Origin: Chthoniobacterales bacterium
GTDB taxonomy: Bacteria > Verrucomicrobiota > Verrucomicrobiia > Chthoniobacterales > Chthoniobacteraceae
DNA: 26,819 nt
Reading direction: 5' to 3'
Assembly: GCA_038207335.1 (NCBI GenBank)
Contig: JBBQZX010000041.1
Span: 1-26,819, forward strand
Shown in pieces: positions 10,286-18,318 of the stretch. Each line of letters begins with the position of its first letter. Position 1 is the stretch's first letter. The position numbers were made by a program, and so were the translations under genes. A model generated the notes under the pieces. That model searched no databases. It saw nothing but the letters and a program-made list of their open reading frames with translations, and was not told the DNA's origin.

Positions 10286-11911
10286 TTGAAAAAACTCGCC
10301 ATCTTGAAACCCGCGCTCTGGCTCTGCTTTTTCGCCCTCCTCGCGGGCCTCGCGCGCTGCCACGACTTGCGCGAAGTCTTCGTGGAAAATCGCGTCTTTT
10401 TCCTCGATGGCGACTGCTACTCCCGCATGACCCGCGCGCGCATCATCGACTCAGGCGCGGCGGCGTTCGTGCGCCATCACGACTTCGAAAACTACCCGCA
10501 GGGCATCGAGACGCACACGACCGCACCGATGGATTACCTCATCGTCGCACTGCGCTGGTGCGTCGATGTCGTCTTGAAAATCGCGGACCCGTCCAGCACG
10601 AGCGTCCTCTGCGGCCAGACGCTCGATGTCGCGGGCGCGCTCGTCTCGCCGCTGCTCGGCGTGGCGACATGCATCTGGCTCGGCATCTGGTCGCGCCGCT
10701 GGGGCCTCGACCGCACGCGCGCGCCGGACGAGCCGCGCGGCCTCTGGCTCGCCGTGCCGCTCTTCTTCGCGGTCAATCCTATCCTCGTACACGGCACCGT
10801 CCTCGGCCGGCCCGATCACCAGTCGCTACTCATCGCGCTCATCGCCGTAGCGCTCGGCGCGGAGAGCCGCCAGGCGGCGGGGCCGTCGCGCGCGTGGGCG
10901 ATCGTTGGCGGTTTGGCGTGGGCGCTTTCGCTTTGGGTTTCAATTTACGAGCCACTCGTGCTGCTCGCGGTCGTCCTCATCGCGTGGGCCATCTGCAAGC
11001 CGCGCCAGCTCATCGCACGCGCACGCCTCGCCGGTCTCGTCGCCATGCTCGCAGTCGGCGGCATCGCATTGGCCATCGACGGCTGGCGTGTCCACCCACT
11101 CGGGCCCGGCATGTTCGTTTATTTAGAAAGGTGGAACCAAACGATCGGCGAACTCGCCCATGCTGACTTCACCACCCTCTTCCGCTGGCTCGGCTGGGGC
11201 TGCATAGCGACGCCCATCCTGCTCATCCTCGCCGCCCGCACGCACCGCCGCGCGCTGCTACTGCTTGCGCTCGTCGCCCTTCTCCTCGCGCTCACCGTAT
11301 GGCAAGTCCGCTGGGGCTACTTCCTCGCGCTCGCCTTCGCCATGACGCTCCCCTGGCAGCTCGCAGTCCTCCGCCGAGGCTGGATCGCGTGCGCCTTCCT
11401 CCTCATCTCGATGTGGCCGATCGCCCGGGACTGGGACGCCCTCCTTTTCCCAAACGAAGCCGCTCAAAAGCAGCGCGAACTCGGCCGCGCCGAAAACATC
11501 CTGCTCCGCCAAACCGCCGAGCACATGCGCTCCCCCGACGTGCGCCCGTTCCTCGCACCGTGGTGGATTTCGCCCGCAATCGCCTACTGGTCCGGCCAGC
11601 CTGGGGTCGCCGGCAGCTCGCACGAGAGCCTGCCCGGCATCGTCGATACCGCGCGCTTTTATCTCGCGCCTGCGGCGAACAATGGCGCGCCGATCCTGCT
11701 CGCGCGCGGCATCAAATGGCTCATCGCCGACGACGACGAACGCGAAATCGCGAACTCCGAAGAACTCCTCGCCACCACAGCCCCCGAGCCCGCACTCGCC
11801 ACGCTGCTCATCCAGCAGCCGCACAGCGTAGCGCCATTTCTTCAGCCCGTTTTTGCCAACGATTACTTCAAGCTCTTCGCCGTCGATCACTCTAAATTCC
11901 CTCATGACTGA
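10286..11911 (+). CDS. STT3/AglB-like oligosaccharyltransferase (GT-C fold membrane glycosyltransferase)
   Basis: Many TM helices with OST motifs in the canonical order: DGDCY (10406), ENYPQG, GRPDHQ (10814), TIGE (11141), QVRWGYF, PWWISPAIAYW (11561), GIVDTARFYL and GIKWLIAD. Start is uncertain (TTG 10286 or 10304). Confidence 0.75.
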   Translation: MKKLAILKPALWLCFFALLAGLARCHDLREVFVENRVFFLDGDCYSRMTRARIIDSGAAAFVRHHDFENYPQGIETHTTAPMDYLIVALRWCVDVVLKIADPSSTSVLCGQTLDVAGALVSPLLGVATCIWLGIWSRRWGLDRTRAPDEPRGLWLAVPLFFAVNPILVHGTVLGRPDHQSLLIALIAVALGAESRQAAGPSRAWAIVGGLAWALSLWVSIYEPLVLLAVVLIAWAICKPRQLIARARLAGLVAMLAVGGIALAIDGWRVHPLGPGMFVYLERWNQTIGELAHADFTTLFRWLGWGCIATPILLILAARTHRRALLLLALVALLLALTVWQVRWGYFLALAFAMTLPWQLAVLRRGWIACAFLLISMWPIARDWDALLFPNEAAQKQRELGRAENILLRQTAEHMRSPDVRPFLAPWWISPAIAYWSGQPGVAGSSHESLPGIVDTARFYLAPAANNGAPILLARGIKWLIADDDEREIANSEELLATTAPEPALATLLIQQPHSVAPFLQPVFANDYFKLFAVDHSKFPHD

Positions 11912-13307
11912 GCCCTTTGATTTCATCGTGATCGGCGGCGGCAGCGCAGGCTACGCGGGCGCATCCACCGCCGCGCGGCTTGGCCTCCGCGTCGCCGTCA
12001 TCGAGAGCGCGGAGAAAATGGGCGGCCTCTGCATTCTGCGCGGCTGCATGCCGAGCAAAGCGCTGCTGGAGTCCGCCCTCCGCGCCGAGACGATCCGCCG
12101 CGCCGCGGAGTTTGGCCTGCGCGCCGAATACCTCGGCGCCGACGGCCCCGCCATCCTCGCGCGCAAGCGGCGGCTCATCTCCGAATTCGCCGATTACCGC
12201 CGCGACCAACTCGAAAGCGGTCGCTTCGAACTCATCCGCGGCCGCGCCGAATTCACCGATCCCCAGACGCTGAAAATCGCCCTCCTCGACGGCACCGAGC
12301 GCGAGGTCAAAGGCCGCGCATTCCTGATTGCCACAGGCTCGCGCATCCATCGAGTCGCCATTCCCGGACTCGAGGAAACCGGCTCTTGGGACAGCGACGA
12401 AGCGCTCGAATCCGCGCACATTCCGGGCTCGGTAATCGTGCTTGGCGGCGGCGCCATCGCGCTGGAATCTGCGAGCTACTACGCCGGCCTCGGCTCGCAA
12501 GTCACCGTCCTCCAGCGAGGCCCGCATGTGCTGAAAGAGTTCGACCCCGACGTGGCCGGCGCGCTCGCAGCTGCGATGGAAAAGCGCGGCATTCGCGTCC
12601 TCTGCGACACCTCGCTCCAGCGCTGCGAAAAGCGCGGCGAGCAGAAGATCGTCACTTTTTCCAGGAATGGCGAAACGCACACCGTCGAGGCCGAGCAAAT
12701 CATCTATGGCCTCGGCCGCGAGCCGCTCACCGGCGGCCTCGGCCTCGACCGCGCCGGCGTCGTCCTCGGAGCAAAAGGCGTCCGCATCGACGACACACTC
12801 CAGACCAGCGTCCCGCACATCTTCGCCGCCGGCGATGTCTGCGGGCCATACGAGGTCGTCCACGTCGCAATCCAGCAGGCCGAATACGCCGCGCGCAACG
12901 CTGCGCGACTCCACCGCGCCGCATCCGAGCCTCTCGAAAACATCGACTACTCGCTCAAACTTTTCGCCGTCTTCACTCACCCCGAAGTCGCTATGGTCGG
13001 CTACAACGAACGCGAAGCCGCAGCGCGCGAAATCGGCTGCGCCACCGCGACGTATCCATTTGCCGATCACGGAAAATCCATGGTCCGCGGCGAGACCGAC
13101 GGCTTCGTGAAGCTCATCGCCGAGTGCAGCACGCGGCGCATCGTCGGCGCCTCCGTCATCGGTCCCGACGCCTCGGAACTCATCCACGAAATCGCGGTCG
13201 CAATGTATTTCAAAGCCACCGCCGCGGACCTCGCGCGCGTCCCGCATTACCACCCGACGCTCAGCGAAATCTGGACCTACCCCGCCGAGGAGCTCGCCGA
13301 AAAATAG
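11904..13307 (+). CDS. Pyridine nucleotide-disulfide oxidoreductase, dihydrolipoamide dehydrogenase-like (class I)
   Basis: FAD motif IGGGSAG, redox-active GGLCILRGCMPSK, ATGS, second Rossmann GGGAIA, IFAAGD and C-terminal HPTLSE. No MerA C-terminal Cys pair. ATG overlaps the upstream stop (ATGACTGA). Confidence 0.9.
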   Translation: MTEPFDFIVIGGGSAGYAGASTAARLGLRVAVIESAEKMGGLCILRGCMPSKALLESALRAETIRRAAEFGLRAEYLGADGPAILARKRRLISEFADYRRDQLESGRFELIRGRAEFTDPQTLKIALLDGTEREVKGRAFLIATGSRIHRVAIPGLEETGSWDSDEALESAHIPGSVIVLGGGAIALESASYYAGLGSQVTVLQRGPHVLKEFDPDVAGALAAAMEKRGIRVLCDTSLQRCEKRGEQKIVTFSRNGETHTVEAEQIIYGLGREPLTGGLGLDRAGVVLGAKGVRIDDTLQTSVPHIFAAGDVCGPYEVVHVAIQQAEYAARNAARLHRAASEPLENIDYSLKLFAVFTHPEVAMVGYNEREAAAREIGCATATYPFADHGKSMVRGETDGFVKLIAECSTRRIVGASVIGPDASELIHEIAVAMYFKATAADLARVPHYHPTLSEIWTYPAEELAEK

Positions 13308-13379
13308 CGCGCCCGGCGACCTCGAATCGCGTCGTTTCTTGTACCCGTGCCGTTTCCCGAACGATCGCGCACGGCGACG

Positions 13380-13408
13380 TTGACACACCATTCGCGCCGG
13401 TCAAAAGT
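13380..13408 (+). promoter_or_regulatory. Putative sigma70 promoter for bactofilin pair
   Basis: Consensus TTGACA (13380-13385), 17-nt spacer, weak -10 AAAAGT, then 5 nt to GTG 13414. Confidence 0.45.
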
Positions 13409-13413
13409 CCTCC

Positions 13414-13917
13414 GTGTTCAACAAAAACACGCCCCTGAAGTCCCCACTTTCCGAGGTTCCCGCCAACTCCATCATCGACGACCTGTTTTCATCTCAACCC
13501 AAAACCACCGCCATGTCCGACACACAAAACAACCGCAATCTCCTCTCCGCCGACGTTGAAATCAAAGGCTCCATCAAGTTCACCAATGACCTCACCATCG
13601 ATGGTAAAGTCGAAGGCGAAATCACCTCGCAGGGCACGCTGACCGTCGGTGAAAACGCCGAGATCAAAGGCGAAATCCGCACGAAGTCCGCGACTGTGCA
13701 CGGCAAAGTCATGGGCAACATCACAGTGGAAGAGCGTTGCGAGTTGAAGGCGAAAGCCGTCCTGCATGGCGACCTGAAAGCGACGCGCCTCATCATCGAG
13801 GACGGTGCGACTTTCATCGGCAAATCCGAGGTGTCTCCGAACAAAGTCACGGCCATGCGGCCCGACGCGGCGCGCACACCGGAGCAGGCGAAAGCTGCCG
13901 CCGTCGTCGCCCGCTAA
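13414..13917 (+). CDS. Bactofilin (polymer-forming cytoskeletal protein, CcmA/DUF583)
   Basis: LLSADVEIKGSIKFTNDLTIDGKVEGEI...VHGKVMGNITVEERCEL...LHGDLKATRLIIEDGATFIG beta-helix. Alternative start is ATG 13513. Confidence 0.93.
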   Translation: MFNKNTPLKSPLSEVPANSIIDDLFSSQPKTTAMSDTQNNRNLLSADVEIKGSIKFTNDLTIDGKVEGEITSQGTLTVGENAEIKGEIRTKSATVHGKVMGNITVEERCELKAKAVLHGDLKATRLIIEDGATFIGKSEVSPNKVTAMRPDAARTPEQAKAAAVVAR

Positions 13918-13929
13918 TCCGGGCCCCTC

Positions 13930-14703
13930 GTGGCCAGCAGCAATACCCCGAAGCAACCCGAGAAAATCAGTGCGGACTGCCCGCACTGTGGCTTCAGCCA
14001 ACTCGAGTCGGCTTACGCAAAGTCCACTTTCTGCCGGAAGTGCGGCGAGCATTTCAGCATCGAGAAGCTGTTACTGAAAGAGACGGAGAGCCTCAAGGGG
14101 CCTTCGTTCTTCGACAAAATCTCGAAGCTCGTCTCGCGCGAAAAAATCCGGGACGTCGCGTGCTTTAGTTGCCACGCGCGGCAGGAGGTGAGTACCGAGG
14201 CGCAATCGACCTCCTGCCCACAGTGCGGCTCCTACATCGACCTGCGCGACTTCAAAATCGCGGGGCCATTTGGACGCAGCATCCAGACGCAGGGCGAAGT
14301 CGTCATCACGTCAAAAGGCGACGTTGCCGCCGCGCGCATCGCGTGCGGCTCAGCGCTCGTCGAGGGAAAGCTGAAAGGCGTGCTGTTTTGCACCGGCACC
14401 GCGCGGCTGAAGATGCGCGGGCGCTTTGTCGGCGGCATCGAAGTCCACAATCTCGTCGTGGATAAAAGCGCGGAGATCGAATTCACGAAGCCGGTGAAAG
14501 TCGGCGGGATCGAAATCAACGGTAAAGTCCAGGGCCACATCATTTGCGACGGCTGCGTGACGATCAACAAAGGCGGCACGCTGACCGGCAACATCCACGC
14601 CCGCGCTGTGAATTTTGAAAAGGGCGGGATTTATTCTGGCAACCTGACGATCGGAGAGCCCGAAGTCGCCGGGGCGGAAGTCGCTAAAGACGTCGCGTCG
14701 TAG
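13930..14703 (+). CDS. Double zinc-ribbon plus bactofilin-domain protein
   Basis: Four CxxC motifs (CPHC, CRKC, CFSC, CPQC) followed by bactofilin-like beta-helix repeats ending LTGNIHARAVNFEKGGIYSG. Confidence 0.82.
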   Translation: MASSNTPKQPEKISADCPHCGFSQLESAYAKSTFCRKCGEHFSIEKLLLKETESLKGPSFFDKISKLVSREKIRDVACFSCHARQEVSTEAQSTSCPQCGSYIDLRDFKIAGPFGRSIQTQGEVVITSKGDVAAARIACGSALVEGKLKGVLFCTGTARLKMRGRFVGGIEVHNLVVDKSAEIEFTKPVKVGGIEINGKVQGHIICDGCVTINKGGTLTGNIHARAVNFEKGGIYSGNLTIGEPEVAGAEVAKDVAS

Positions 14704-14714
14704 GTGGGACCCGC

Positions 14715-15824
14715 TTACAGCACAAATGTCTCCGCCAACGCGTCGGCCATCAGCTTTCCGCGGCGCGTGAGGACGACGCTGTCGCCTCGCGCATCGAGGA
14801 ATCCGTCGCGCTCGAATTGCGCGACTTCATCAGACCACGGCGTTACAGTTTCTCGCGATATTCCGCGGTTCGTGCGGAGGCCGAATGCAATGCGCTCGCT
14901 GCGACGTGTGTCGCTGGAAAGGGCTTCGGTAAAGGATTCGGCGGTCACGCGGCTCTCGATGCGGTCGCAGTAAGCTGAGGTGTCCGCGACATTCTGCCAG
15001 CGCCGCGCGCCGACCGTGGAAAAGGCGCTCGGGCCGAGGCCCAGGTAATCCGCGCCGAGCCAGTAGGCGAGATTGTGCAGGCAGTCGCGACCGGGCCGCG
15101 CGTAGTTTGAAATCTCGTATTGCTCGAAACCGGCGGCACTCAGCGTGTCCATCGTCGCCTCGAAAAGATCGGCATCCCACGCCGCATCCTGCGTCAATTC
15201 GCCTCGCGCAAACCGCGCAAAAAACGCGGTATCTTCCTCAAACGTGAGGCAGTACGCCGAGATGTGCTCGGGCTGCAACGCGATCGTTTTTTCGAGGCTC
15301 GCCTGCCATTGCGCACGCGTCTGCGTCGGCACCGCAAACATCAAATCGAGGTTCACGTTTTCAAACCCCGCCTCGCGCAAAATCTCGTAGCTGCGCTCCG
15401 CCTGCTCCCCGGAATGCACGCGCCCGAGCACTTTCAATAGCTCCTCGTCCCACGACTGTACGCCCATGCTGATGCGGTTCACACCGAGCCCGCGGAGCGC
15501 CCGCGCTTTCTCCAGCGAGACGGTCGCCGGGTTCATTTCAAGCGTCCACTCGCGCAACTCCGACAGGTCGAGCCTCGCGCGCAAACCGGTCAGCAAATAG
15601 TCGAGTTGCGGAGTGCTCAGCGCGCTCGGCGTGCCGCCGCCAAAGAAGATCGTCTCCGGCTGCAACGGGCGCTCGAGCAAGCGCCCATCGAGCTCCGCGA
15701 GCACGGCATCGAGAAAACGCTGCGTCTTGTTCCGGTCGCTCGCCTCTTTGTAAAAGCTGCAATACGGGCAGACTTTCGGGCAGAAAGGAATGTGGACGTA
15801 GAGGTGACGGATGGCGTCGTTCAC
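14715..15824 (-). CDS. hemW: Radical SAM heme chaperone HemW (HemN-like)
   Basis: LYVHIPFCPKVCPYCSF (CxxxCxxC), FFGGGTPS, EMNP, RISMGVQS, NLDLMF, YEISNY and HNLAYW (HemW HNxxYW). Confidence 0.92.
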   Translation of the reverse strand: MNDAIRHLYVHIPFCPKVCPYCSFYKEASDRNKTQRFLDAVLAELDGRLLERPLQPETIFFGGGTPSALSTPQLDYLLTGLRARLDLSELREWTLEMNPATVSLEKARALRGLGVNRISMGVQSWDEELLKVLGRVHSGEQAERSYEILREAGFENVNLDLMFAVPTQTRAQWQASLEKTIALQPEHISAYCLTFEEDTAFFARFARGELTQDAAWDADLFEATMDTLSAAGFEQYEISNYARPGRDCLHNLAYWLGADYLGLGPSAFSTVGARRWQNVADTSAYCDRIESRVTAESFTEALSSDTRRSERIAFGLRTNRGISRETVTPWSDEVAQFERDGFLDARGDSVVLTRRGKLMADALAETFVL

Positions 15825-16081
15825 CGGAGGGGCTCGATGCGGAGGGGCTTGCGACGAGCCTGTAGCAGTGCCCAGTTTTTGCGAAATTCCTCCTGATGAA
15901 ATGCTGCCCAGTCTTGCGCCAATTTTAGTTTCCGATTCGGCAGCGAGCCGGCCTCGACCTCCAATGTCTCAGTCGCAATCTGCACTTCGAATTCACCGTA
16001 GCGCGCATGAAAATGCGTGGGCGGATGTTCAAGCCCGAACATGCGGATTATGATCCCAAAGAGGCGGCTGATCGCAGGCAT
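15821..16081 (-). CDS. DUF4160 family protein (putative TA toxin)
   Basis: MPAISRLFGIIIRMF...EHPPTHFHARYGE...GSLP...DWAAFHQEEFRKNW...PLRIEPL. Its stop overlaps the hemW GTG. Confidence 0.85.
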   Translation of the reverse strand: MPAISRLFGIIIRMFGLEHPPTHFHARYGEFEVQIATETLEVEAGSLPNRKLKLAQDWAAFHQEEFRKNWALLQARRKPLRIEPLR

Positions 16082-16189
16082 CGGCCAGATGCTTCGCGAG
16101 ATTCGAAAAAGCTCTTCAACCCGCATCCCAGTCACGCGCAAGTAAAGCGAATCGGGACACAAAACGATGTCTTCATTCCACACCAACTC
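16074..16189 (-). pseudogene. 3' remnant of DUF2442 family gene (putative antitoxin)
   Basis: [21 protein letters not shown] resembles the DUF2442 C-terminal W..xxDLCPDxLY motif. The 5' part is missing and the remnant abuts the actP stop. One restored base gives EELFPNLAKHLADA. Confidence 0.7.
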
Positions 16190-17834
16190 AATGCGTGGTC
16201 GCTTTTTCCGCGCCGAGGCCGGTATTGGCGCGGACTGTGAGTTCCGTGAACATGGCTTCGGCGCTTGGTTCGCGGGTGAGAAGCGTGCCGAGGATCGCGG
16301 CGAGGAAGCCGAGCGGGATGGAGACGATACCGGGATTTGTCAGCGAGAAAATCGGCGCGTGCTGGATGAGATGCCTCGCACTGGCAGCGACGGCAGGACC
16401 GTCCAAACCCATGATCGTGGGACTGATGAGGATGAGTCCGATCGAACTCACAAGGCCGACTAGAAGACCGGAAACCGCGCCCGTAGTGTTGAAGCGCTTC
16501 CAGAAAATCGAAAAGAGGATCACCGGCAAATTCGCGCTGGCGGCGACGGCGAACGCCAGTCCGACGAGGAACGCGACGTTGGCATTTGGCCCGAGTCCGA
16601 TCGCGAGAAAAATCGAGACAGCGCCGACGACGAATGCCGTGATACGGGCGACGCGCACTTCCTGGCCAGGGTTCGCTTCTTTGCCGTGATGGATCACATT
16701 CGTGTAGATGTCGTGGGCAAACGAGGAGCTGGCGCTGATCGTGAGACCGGCGACGACCGCGAGGATCGTGGCGAAGGCGACGGCACTGATGAATGCGAAG
16801 AAGACATTGCCGCCGACGAATTGGGCGAGCAGCGGTGCTGCCATATTGCCGCCGCCATTTTTCGCGATAAAATCCGGGCCGAGCAGACTCGCGGCACCGA
16901 AGCCGAAAAAGGTGGTCATCACGTAGAAAATGCCGATGAGCACCATCGCCCAGACCACCGAGGAGCGTGCCGTTTTCGCATCAGGTACGGTGTAAAATCG
17001 GATCAGAATGTGCGGCAGACCGGCAGTGCCGAAGACGAGCGCCAGCGAGAGCGAAATGAAGTCGAGCGGGTTCTTGAACTTCATCCCCGGCGTCATGAAA
17101 TCCGCAGTCACAAGCGCGTCGCCTTTGTGCGAGGTGATGTGCGAGAGCGAGCCGAAGAATTCGCTGAGACTGAAGTGGAATTTGCTGAGCACGAGGATGC
17201 TGAGAAAAACGCTGCCGCTCATGAGCAGGATGGCCTTCACGATTTGCACCCAAGTCGTTGCGATCATGCCGCCAAAGACGACATAGACGATCATCAGCGC
17301 GCCGACGATGCAGACGGCCTGGTTGTAGGAAATCATGCTGCCGATCAGAGCCTTCACAAGGTCGCCCGCGCCGACCATTTGCGCGATCATATAGAAGATG
17401 GAGACGACTAGCGTGCTGAGCGATGCGGCGGCGCGCACGGGGCGCGGACTGAGTCGGTAGGCGAGCACGTCGGCCATCGTGTATTTGCCGGCGTTGCGCA
17501 GCGGCTCGGCGACGATGAGCAGCACGGTGAGATACGCGACGAGGAAGCCGACGGAGTAGAGAAACCCGTCGTAGCCGAAGAGGGCGATCATTCCGGCGAT
17601 GCCGAGAAAGCTCGCCGCGCTCATGTAGTCGCCAGCGACGGCGAGGCCGTTTTGCCAGCCCGTGATGCGGCGTCCCGCGGCGAAGTATGCGTTTGAGCCG
17701 CTGGCTTTCCGCGCGCTGAAATAAGTGATGACGAGCGTCGCAGCGACGAAGCCGACGAACATGAAAAGCGCGGTGTAATTAACCGGCGCGGCTGCGGCAG
17801 CGTCGGCGAGCGGGAGAAGAGTGGAGAGGTTCAT
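16188..17834 (-). CDS. actP: Cation/acetate symporter (SSS family)
   Basis: [83 protein letters not shown]. Follows a DUF485 gene. Confidence 0.93.
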   Translation of the reverse strand: MNLSTLLPLADAAAAAPVNYTALFMFVGFVAATLVITYFSARKASGSNAYFAAGRRITGWQNGLAVAGDYMSAASFLGIAGMIALFGYDGFLYSVGFLVAYLTVLLIVAEPLRNAGKYTMADVLAYRLSPRPVRAAASLSTLVVSIFYMIAQMVGAGDLVKALIGSMISYNQAVCIVGALMIVYVVFGGMIATTWVQIVKAILLMSGSVFLSILVLSKFHFSLSEFFGSLSHITSHKGDALVTADFMTPGMKFKNPLDFISLSLALVFGTAGLPHILIRFYTVPDAKTARSSVVWAMVLIGIFYVMTTFFGFGAASLLGPDFIAKNGGGNMAAPLLAQFVGGNVFFAFISAVAFATILAVVAGLTISASSSFAHDIYTNVIHHGKEANPGQEVRVARITAFVVGAVSIFLAIGLGPNANVAFLVGLAFAVAASANLPVILFSIFWKRFNTTGAVSGLLVGLVSSIGLILISPTIMGLDGPAVAASARHLIQHAPIFSLTNPGIVSIPLGFLAAILGTLLTREPSAEAMFTELTVRANTGLGAEKATTH

Positions 17835-17844
17835 GCGGTCGGAT

Positions 17845-18258
17845 TTACTTTTGGAATTTCGCGAGAATGCCCGCTGCGGCTTTGTCCCATCCGGCGGCTT
17901 TTCCGACGTAGATTCCGGCCACGATCCAGGCCATGAAGAACTGCGAGAACGCGAAGAGATACGCGACGTTGACGCTGCCGACTTTGGTTTTCATGAGTTC
18001 GGGGAACCATCCAACAAGCACCGGCAGCGCAAAGTAGTAGGCTAGGAAAAATATCGTCGCGGGCCAGATGAAGCGGGCTTTTGCGGCGAGGAGGTTTTTG
18101 AAATCGGTGTCCGCGGCGATGGCATCCCACGGGGCGAGGGCTGCGTCTTCAGCGCCGGTGCGCTCGTGAGCGGGTTTGGGTGTGGAGCTGCCGACGCGAG
18201 AAATGTCGGTGGGAGAGCCGGATTCGGGAGTGAGATCGCCGCTGGGCTGGGTGGTCAT
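17845..18258 (-). CDS. DUF485 (YjcH-like) inner membrane protein
   Basis: [29 protein letters not shown]...[24 protein letters not shown], directly upstream of actP as in yjcH-actP. Confidence 0.88.
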   Translation of the reverse strand: MTTQPSGDLTPESGSPTDISRVGSSTPKPAHERTGAEDAALAPWDAIAADTDFKNLLAAKARFIWPATIFFLAYYFALPVLVGWFPELMKTKVGSVNVAYLFAFSQFFMAWIVAGIYVGKAAGWDKAAAGILAKFQK

Positions 18259-18318
18259 GGGCGCGGACGGTAGTGGACGCGCGGCGCGGGCGTCGAGTGC
18301 GAGGTTCAGCAACGTCCG

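Noticed and set aside
11904..13307. Mercuric reductase (merA) call
   Set aside because: No C-terminal vicinal Cys pair, no N-terminal HMA domain and no mer genes. It ends in the Lpd-type HPTLSE.
11892..13391. 499-aa antisense ORF, and similar long antisense ORFs over gyrB, serA, pepA and mutL
   Set aside because: Typical shadow ORFs in GC-rich DNA opposite well-supported genes.
14457..14465. DnaA-box-like CGTGGATAA near the skew switch
   Set aside because: A single one-mismatch copy inside a CDS. No cluster or AT-rich unwinding element.
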